NCBI GenBank assembly: GCA_977017645.1
Contig: OZ360223.1
Location: forward strand, 19,716,001 to 19,780,000
Origin: Torpedo marmorata
Taxonomy: Eukaryota
Direction: 5' to 3'
Length of the DNA: 64,000 bases
The translations under genes and the position numbers were made by a program. Under the pieces are notes generated by a model. It did no database searches. It worked only from the letters and a program-made list of their open reading frames with translations, and was not told where the DNA came from. Shown piece after piece: positions 54,601 to 64,000 of the stretch. How positions within the stretch are numbered: position 1 is the first letter of the stretch; each line of letters opens with the position of its first letter.

Positions 54601-57500
54601 AGATACAGTAGACCACCCTCAGTGTACATACAGTACAAACCCTCAGTGTAGATACAGTACACCCCCCACAGTGTGGATACAATGCACACCCCCTCAGTGT
54701 AGATAAAGTACACCTCCCTCAGTGTGGATACAATGAACTCCCCCACAGTGTAGATACAGTACACCACCTCAGTGTGAATAAAATGCACTTCCCCATCAGT
54801 TAGATAAAGTACACCTCCCTCAGTGTAGATACAATGAACACCCCACAGTGTAGATACAATGCATCGCCTCAGTGTGGATAAAATGAACTCCCCCTCAGTG
54901 TACACACAGTACACCCCCCTCTTAGTAGATATAGTACACCCCCTCAGCGCCGATATAATACACCCCCCTCAGTGTGGATACACTGCACTCCCCCTCAGTG
55001 TGGATACGATACACACCCTCAGTGTAGATACAATACACCCCCCTCAGTGTAGATAAAGTACACCTCCCTCAGTGTGGATACACTGCACTCCCCCTCAGTG
55101 TGGATACGATACACACCTTCAGTGCAGATACAATACACCCCCCCTCAGTGTAGATAAACTACACCTCCCTCAGTGTGGATACGATACACACCCTCAGTGC
55201 AGATACAATACACCCCCCCTCAGTGTAGATAAAGTACACCTCCCTCAGTGTGGATACAATGAACTCCCCCACAGTGTGGATACGATACACACCTTCAGTG
55301 CAGATACAATACACCCCCCTCAGTGTAGATAAACTACACCTCCCTCAGTGTGGATACGATACACACCCTCAGTGCAGATACAATACACCCCCCCTCAGTG
55401 TAGATAAACTACACCTCCCTCAGTGTGGATACGATACACACCTTCAGTGCAGATACAATACACCCCCCCTCAGTGTAGATAAACTACACCTCCCTCATTG
55501 TAGATATAGTACAGACCGCTCAGCGTCGAACTAATACACCCCCCTCAGTGTGGATACAATGCACTCCCCCTCAATGTAGATACAATACACCCCCTCAGTG
55601 TGGATACAATGCACTCACCCTCAGTGTGAATACAATGTGCTCCCCTTCAGTGCAGATACAGTAACCCCCCTCAGAGTAGATACTGTGCACACCCCTCTGT
55701 ATAGATTCAGTGCAAACCCCTCTATAGAGATACAGTACACACCCCTCTGTAGAGATACAGAGCACCCCCTCGGTATAGATACAATAAACCCCCCTCAGTG
55801 TAGATGCAATACACCATACACAGTGTGGATACATTGCACTCCCCCTTAGTGTAGATAGAGTACACCACACTCAGAGTAAATTCAATACATCCCGCTCAGT
55901 GTAGATACAGTACACCCCCCTCAGTGTAGATAGAATATACCCCCTCAGTGTAGATACAATACACATCCTCAGTGTCGATACAATGCAATCCCCCTCAGTG
56001 GAGATAGAAAATACCCCCCTCAGTGTAGATACAATAAACCTCGCTCAGTGCAGATACAATACACCCCCCTCAGTGTAGATACAATGCACTCCCCCTCAGT
56101 GTAGATACAGTAAATCCCCTGAGTGTAAATACAATACACCCTCCTCAGTGTAGATAGAATAAACCCCCCTCAGTGTAGATGCAATGCATCCCCTCAGTGT
56201 GGTGAAAATGCACTCCCCCTCAGTGCAGACACAGTACACCCCCACTTTGTAGATAGAGTACACCCCTCAGTGTAGATACAATACACCTCCATCAGTGTCG
56301 ATAAAATACACCTACCGCAGTGTGAATACAATGCACTCCCTCTCAGTAAAGGTACAGTATAGCCCATCAGTGTAGATACAATACACCCCCCTCAAAGTGG
56401 ATAAATGCACTCCCCCTCAGTGTAGATAAACGATACCCCCTTTGTGTAGATACAATACACCCCCCTCAGTGTCCATACAATACACCCACCTCAGTGTGGA
56501 TAAAATGCACACCCCCTCAGTGGAGATACAGTACACCCCCCTCAGTGTAGATACAATGCACACCCATCAGTGTAGATAGAGTACACCCCCCTCAGTGTAG
56601 ATACAATACACACCCATCAGTGTAGATACAGTACACCCCCTCAGTGTAGATACAGTAGACCACCCTCAGTGTACATACAGTACAAACCCTCAGTGTAGAT
56701 ACAGTACACCCCCCACAGTGTGGATACAATGCACACCCCCTCAGTGTAGATAAAGTACACCTCCCTCAGTGTGGATACAATGAACTCCCCCACAGTGTAG
56801 ATACAGTACACCACCTCAGTGTGAATAAAATGCACTTCCCCATCAGTTAGATAAAGTACACCTCCCTCAGTGTAGATACAATGAACACCCCACAGTGTAG
56901 ATACAATGCATCGCCTCAGTGTGGATAAAATGAACTCCCCCTCAGTGTACACACAGTACACCCCCCTCTTAGTAGATATAGTACACCCCCTCAGCGCCGA
57001 TATAATACACCCCCCTCAGTGTGGATACACTGCACTCCCCCTCAGTGTGGATACGATACACACCCTCAGTGTAGATACAATGCACCCCCCTCAGTGTAGA
57101 TAAAGTACACCTCCCTCAGTGTGGATACACTGCACTCCCACTCAGTGTGGATACGATACACACCTTCAGTGCAGATACAATACACCCCCCCTCAGTGTAG
57201 ATAAACTACACCTCCCTCAGTGTGGATACGATACACACCCTCAGTGCAGATACAATACACCCCCCCTCAGTGTAGATAAAGTACACCTCCCTCAGTGTGG
57301 ATACAATGAACCCACCCCCACCCCCACAGTGTAGATACAATGCATCCCCTCAGTGTGGATAAAATGCACTCCCCCTCAGTGTAGATACAGTACACCCCCC
57401 TCATTGTAGATATAGTACAGACCGCTCAGCGTCGAACTAATACACCCCCCTCAGTGTGGATACAATGCACTCCCCCTCAATGTAGATACAATACACCCCC
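39700..57500 (+). repeat. Type-C higher-order repeats: ~2.0-2.75 kb modules, including a 5,227-bp duplication
   Basis: The recurrent peptide MHRLSVDKMNSPSVY starts at 40644, 42758, 44712, 47458, 47985, 49939, 52112, 54859 and 56906 (also 62536). Offsets of 5227 (42758/47985, 44712/49939, 45449/50676) and ~7401 (46296/53697, 47193/54594) recur. Boundaries are approximate. Confidence 0.85.
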
Positions 57501-60500
57501 TCAGTGTAAATACAATACACTCACCTCAGTGTAGATACAGAACATACCCGTCAGTGTAGATACAATACACCTCCCTTAGTGTAGATACAATGAACCCCCC
57601 CCACACAGTGCAGATACAATGCATCCCCTCAGTGTGGATAAAATGAACTCCCCCTCAGTGTAGACACAGTACACCCCACTCTTTGTAGATATAGTACACC
57701 CCCCTCAGTGCCGATATAATACACCCCCCTCAGTGTGGATACACTGCACTCCCCCTCAGTGTGAATACAATACACACCCTCAGTGCAGATACAATACACC
57801 CCCCTCAGTGTAGATAGAGTACACACCCCTCAGTGTAGATAAAATACACCCCCTCAGTGTAGATATAATAGACCCTCCTCAGTGTAGATACAATATACAC
57901 CCTCAGTGTAGATACAATACACATCCTCAGTGTGGATACAATGCAATCCCCCTCAGTATAGATAGAAAATACCACCCTCAGTGTAGATACAATAAATCTC
58001 GCTCAGTGCAGATACAATAAACCCCCCTCAGTGTGGATACAATGCACTCCCCCTCAGTGAAGATACAGTAAATCCCCTCAGTGTAAATACAATACACCCC
58101 ATCAGTGTAGATACAGTACACCCCCTCAGTGTAAATACAATACATCATCCTCTGTGTAGATACAATACACCCCCCTCAGTGCAGATGCAATGCAGTGTGG
58201 TTAAAATGCACTCCCCCTCAGTGTAGACACAGTACACCCCCCTCTTTGTAGATATAATACACCCCCTCAGTGTAGATACAATACACACTCCTCAGTGTGG
58301 ATAAAATGCACTCCCCCTCAGTGTAGATACAGTACACCCCCATAAGTATTGATACAGTACACCCCCTCAGTGAGGATACAATGCACTCCTCCAATGTGAA
58401 AACACAATACACGCCCTCTGTGCAGATTTCAATACACCAATCTCAGTGTAGATAAAGTACACCCCTCAGTGTAGATACAATACACCCCCTCAGTGTAGAT
58501 AGAATGCACACCCTCAGTGTAGATACAATACAACCACCTCAGTGTAGATACATTAAACCATCCTCAGTGTGGATACAATGAACACCCCCTCAATGTAGAT
58601 ACAGTACACACCCTCAGTGTAGATACAATATACCACGCTCAGTGCAGATACTATAAACCCCACTCAGTGTGGATACAATGCATTTCCCTTAGTGTAGATA
58701 CAGTACACCCCCTCAGTGTAGATACAATACACCCTCTCCGTGTAAATACAATACACTCACCTCAGTGTAGATACAGAACACACCCCTCAGTGTAGATACA
58801 ATACACCACCTTCTTTGTAGATATAGTACACAACCCCCTCAGTGTAGATACAATACACCCAACTCAGTGTGGATAAAATGCACTCCTCCTCAGTGTAGAT
58901 ACAGTACACCCCCCTCAGTATAGATACAGTGCACCCCCCTCACTGAGGATACAATGCATTCCTCCAGAGTGAAGACACAATACACCCCCTCAGTGTAGAT
59001 ACAATACACCCCCTCAGTGTAGATACAATAAACCCCACTCAGTGTGGATACATTGCGCTCCCCTCAATGTAGATACAGTGCACACCCTCAGTGTAAATAC
59101 AATATACACCCCTCAGTGTTGATACATTAAACTCCCCTCAGTGTAGTTACAATACACCCCCTCAGTGTAAATAAAATACACCCCCTCAGTGTAGATACAA
59201 TGCATCCCCTTCAGTGTAGATACAGTACAACCCCCTCAGTGTAGATACAGTAGTGCAGATACAATACACCCCCCTTAGTGTGGATGCAATACACCCCCCT
59301 AAGTGTGGATGCAATGCAACCCCCTCAGTGAAGATAGAGTAGTGCAGATACAATACACCCCCCTTAGTGTTGATACAATACACCCCTCCCCACAGTGTGG
59401 ATAAAATGCACTGCTCCTCAGTGAAGATACAGTAGGGCAGATACAATACACACCCCTCAGTGTGGATACAATGCACTCACCCTCAGTGTGAATACAATGT
59501 GCTCCCCTTCAGTGCAGATACAGTAAACCCCCTCAGAGTAGATACTGTGCACACCCCTCTGTATAGATTCAGTGCAAACCCCTCTATAGAGATACAGTAC
59601 ACCCCCCTCTGTAGAGATACAGTGCACCCCCTCGGTATAGATACAATAAACCTCCTTCAGTGTAGATGCAATACACCACACACAGTGAGGATACAATGAA
59701 CTCCCCCTCAGTGTAGGTAGAGTTCACCACCCTCAGAGTAAATTCAAAACACCCAGCTCAGTGTAGATACAGTATACACCCCTCAGGGTAGATTAAATAC
59801 ACCCACCTGAGTGTAGATAGAATATACCCCCTCAGTGTAGATACAATACACATCCTCAGTGTCGATACAATGCAAGCCCCCTCAGTGTAGATAGAAAATA
59901 CCCCCCTCAGTGTAGATACAATAAACCTCGCTAGTGCAGATACAATACATCCCCCTCAGCGTGGATACAATACACTCCCCCTCTGGGTAGATTCAGTACA
60001 CCCCCTCAGTGTAAATACAATACAACCCCGTCAGTGTGGATACAATGCACTCCCCGTCAGTGTTGATAGAATACACCCTCCTCAGTGAAGATACAATACA
60101 CCCCGCTCAGTGTAGAAACAATAAACCCCCCTCAGTGTGGATACACTGCACTTCCCCTCAGTGTAGATACATAAATCCCCTCAGTGTAAATACAATACAC
60201 CCCCTCAGTGTAGATACAGTACACCCCCTCAGTGTAAATACAATACACCCTCCTCAGTGAAGATACAGTACACCCCCATAAGTATAGATACAATACACTC
60301 CCCTCAGTGTAGATGCAATACATCCCCCCAGTGTGGTTAAAATGCACTCCCACTCAGTGTAGATACAATAAACCTCGCTCAGTGAAGATACAATACACCC
60401 CCCTCAGCGTGGATACAATACACTCCCCCTCTGTGTAGATTCAGTAAACCCCCTCAGTGTAAATACAATACAACCCCGTCAGTGTAGATGCAATACATCC

Positions 60501-63500
60501 CCCCAGTGTGGTTAAAATGCACTCCCCCTCAGTGTAGACAGAGTACACCCCCCTCTTTGTAGATATTGTACACCCCCTCAGTGAATATACAATGCACACT
60601 CCTCTGTTTGGATAAAATGCACTCCCCCTCAGTGTGGATACAGTACACCCCCATAGGTATAGAGACAGTACACCCCCTCAGTGAGGATACAATGCACTCC
60701 TCCAATGTGAAGACACAATACACCCCTCTGTGTAGATTTCAATACACCAACCTCAGTGTAGACACATTACACCCCCTCAGTGTAGATACAATACACCCAC
60801 TCAGTGTAGAAAGAATACACACTCTCAGTGTTGATACAATACAACCACCTCAGTGTAGATACATTAAACCATCCTCAGTGTGGATACAATGCACTCCCCC
60901 TCAATGTAGATACAGTACACACCCTCAGTGTAGATACAATATGCACCCCTCAGTGTTGATACATTAAACCCACATCAGAGTAGTTACAATACACCCCCTC
61001 AGTGTAAATAAAATACACCCCCTCAGTGTAGATACAATACACCCCCTCAGTGTAAATAAAATACACCCCCTCAGTGTAGATACAATGCATCCCCTTCAGT
61101 TTAGATACAGTACACCCCCCCCAGTGTAGATACAGTAGTGCAGATACAATACACCCACCTTAGTGTGGATACAATACACCCCCCACAGTGTGGATAAAAT
61201 GCACTCCCCCTCAGTGTAGATACAGTAGGGCAGATACAATACACACCCCTCAGTGTGGATACAATGCACTCACCCTCAGTGTGAATACAATGTGCTCCCC
61301 TTCAGTGCAGATACAGTAACCCCCCTCAGAGTAGATACTGTGCAAACCCCTCTATAGAGATACAGTACACCCCCCTCTGTAGAGATACAGAGCACCCCCT
61401 CGGTATAGATACAATAAACCCCCCTCAGTGTAGATGCAATACACCATACACAGTGTGGATACATTGCACTCCACCTTAGTGTAGATAGAGTACACCACCC
61501 TCAGAGTAAATTCAATACATCCCGCTCAGTGTAGATACAGTACACCCCCCTCAGTGTAGATAGAATATACCCCCTCAGTGTAGATACAATACACATCCTC
61601 AGTGTCGATACAATGCAATCCCCCTCAGTGGAGATAGAAAATACCCCCCTCAGTGTAGATACAATAAACCTCGCTCAGTGCAGATACAATACACCCCCCT
61701 CAGTGTGGATACAATGCACTCCCCCTCAGTGTAGATACAGTAAATCCCCTGAGTGTAAATACAATACACCCTACTCAGTGTAGATAGAATAAACCCCCCT
61801 CAGTGTAGATGCAATGCATCCCCTCAGTGTGGTGAAAATGCACTCCCCCTCAGTGCAGACACAGTACACCCCCACTTTGTAGATAGAGTACACCCCTCAG
61901 TGTAGATACAATACACCTCCATCAGTGTCGATAAAATACACCTACCTCAGTGTGAATACAATGCACTCCCTCTCAGTAAAGGTACAGTATAGCCCATCAG
62001 TGTAGATACAATACACCCCCCTCAAAGTGGATAAATGCACTCCCCCTCAGTGTAGATAAACGATACCCCCTTTGTGTAGATACAATACACCCCCCTCAGT
62101 GTCCATACAATACACCCACCTCAGTGTGGATAAAATGCACACCCCCTCAGTGGAGATACAGTACACCCCCCTCAGTGTAGATACAATGCACACCCATCAG
62201 TGTAGATAGAGTACACCCCCCTCAGTGTAGATACAATACACACCCATCAGTGTAGATACAGTACACCCCCTCAGTGTAGATACAGTAGACCACCCTCAGT
62301 GTACATACAGTACAAACCCTCAGTGTAGATACAGTACACCCCCCACAGTGTGGATACAATGCACACCCCCTCAGTGTAGATAAAGTACACCTCCCTCAGT
62401 GTGGATACAATGAACTCCCCCACAGTGTAGATACAGTACACCACCTCAGTGTGAATAAAATGCACTTCCCCATCAGTTAGATAAAGTACACCTCCCTCAG
62501 TGTAGATACAATGAACACCCCACAGTGTAGATACAATGCATCGCCTCAGTGTGGATAAAATGAACTCCCCCTCAGTGTACACACAGTACACCCCCCTCTT
62601 AGTAGATATAGTACACCCCCTCAGCGCCGATATAATACACCCCCCTCAGTGTGGATACACTGCACTCCCCCTCAGTGTGGATACGATACACACCCTCAGT
62701 GTAGATACAATACACCCCCCTCAGTGTAGATAAAGTACACCTCCCTCAGTGTGGATACACTGCACTCCCACTCAGTGTGGATACGATACACACCTTCAGT
62801 GCAGATACAATACACCCCCCCTCAGTGTAGATAAACTACACCTCCCTCAGTGTGGATACGATACACACCCTCAGTGCAGATACAATACACCCCCCTCAGT
62901 GTAGATAAAGTACACCTCCCTCAGTGTGGATACAATGAACCCACCCCCACCCCCACAGTGTAGATACAATGCATCCCCTCAGTGTGGATAAAATGCACTC
63001 CCCCTCAGTGTAGATACAGTACACCCCCCTCATTGTAGATATAGTACAGACCGCTCAGCGTCGAACTAATACACCCCCCTCAGTGTGGATACAATGCACT
63101 CCCCCTCAATGTAGATACAATACACCCCCTCAGTGTAAATACAATACACTCACCTCAGTGTAGATACAGAACATACCCCTCAGTGTAGATACAATACACC
63201 ACCCTCAGTGTGGATAAAATGCTCTCCCCCTCAGTGTAGATACAGTACACCACCATAAGTATCGATACAGTACACCTCCCTCAGTGTAGATACAATACAC
63301 CCCGCTCAGTGTAGATACAATAAACCCCCCTCAGTGTGGATACAATGCACTCCCCCTCAGTGTAGATACAGTAAATCCCCTGAGTGTAAATACAATACAC
63401 CCTCCTCAGTGTAGATACAATAAACACCCCTCAGTGTAGATGCAATGCATCCCCTCAGTGTGGTGAAAATGCACTCCCCCTCAGTGCAGACACAGTACAC

Positions 63501-64000
63501 CCCCACTTTGTAGATAGAGTACACCCCTCAGTGTAGATACAATACACCTCCATCAGTGTCGATAAAATACACCTACCTCAGTGTGAATACAATGCACTCC
63601 CTCTCAGTAAAGGTACAGTATAGCCCATCAGTGTAGATACAATACACCCCCCTCAAAGTGGATAAATGCACTCCCCCTCAGTGTAGATAAACGATACCCC
63701 CTTTGTGTAGATACAATACACCCCCCTCAGTGTCCATACAATACACCCACCTCAGTGTGGATAAAATGCACACCCCCTCAGTGGAGATACAGTACACCCC
63801 CCTCAGTGTAGATACAATGCACACCCATCAGTGTAGATAGAGTACACCCCCCTCAGTGTAGATACAATACACACCCATCAGTGTAGATACAGTACACCCC
63901 CTCAGTGTAGATACAGTAGACCACCCTCAGTGTACATACAGTACAAACCCTCAGTGTAGATACAGTACACCCCCAACAGTGTGGATACAATGCACACCCC

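Larger units (their letters stand above)
38945..64000 (+). repeat. Tandem satellite array, right arm; same monomer family, different higher-order variants
   Basis: Resumes in register (gtagatacaatacacc) directly after the 3' LTR and runs off the window end. Confidence 0.99.

Noticed and set aside
394-63000. Dozens of 60-133 aa ORFs in the satellite (YCIYTEG, VSTLRG, PPQCRY, LSVDT repeats; Cys-rich)
   Set aside because: These are translations of the ~24-bp monomer in various frames. They are broken wherever C-run length changes, often start at non-ATG codons, and show no splice or domain evidence.
1-64000. CRISPR-like appearance (short, partly palindromic repeat with variable intervening bases)
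   Set aside because: The variable parts are only ~8-12 nt degenerate C-rich variants of one consensus, not unique 25-45 nt spacers. There are no cas genes or leader, and the context is a eukaryotic LTR element.
1-64000. Telomeric repeat or CENP-B box assignment
   Set aside because: I saw no (CCCTAA)n tract or recognisable CENP-B box. Chromosomal position cannot be determined from this window.

Overview
This is eukaryotic heterochromatin-like DNA, probably from an animal (vertebrate or other deuterostome; inferred from the retroelement clade). About 58 kb is one head-to-tail array of a ~24-25 bp C-rich satellite (consensus CAGTGTAGATACA[G/A]TACACCCCCT), in a single orientation as far as I can see by eye. 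The array has nested higher-order repeats: a 49-bp dimer, a ~75-bp trimer, 611 bp, ~2-2.7 kb, ~4.1-4.2 kb, 5,227 bp and a near-perfect 9,771-bp tandem duplication. It is interrupted once, at 32939-38944, by a 6,006-bp Ty3/Gypsy LTR retrotransposon of the Gmr1-like type (integrase upstream of RT/RNase H). The element has both LTRs, a GTAG target-site duplication, a tRNA-Pro PBS and a PPT. Its single gag-pol frame has two in-frame TAG stops and lacks the RT catalytic core through an in-frame loss. All other ORF-track entries are artefacts of the repeat, the LTRs or alternative frames. I found no prokaryotic genes, RNA genes or CRISPR array, and no evidence sufficient to claim a new biological system. 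The best leads are the RT-less but otherwise complete element, possible targeting of the satellite, and the layered structure of the array. All alignments and counts were done by eye.
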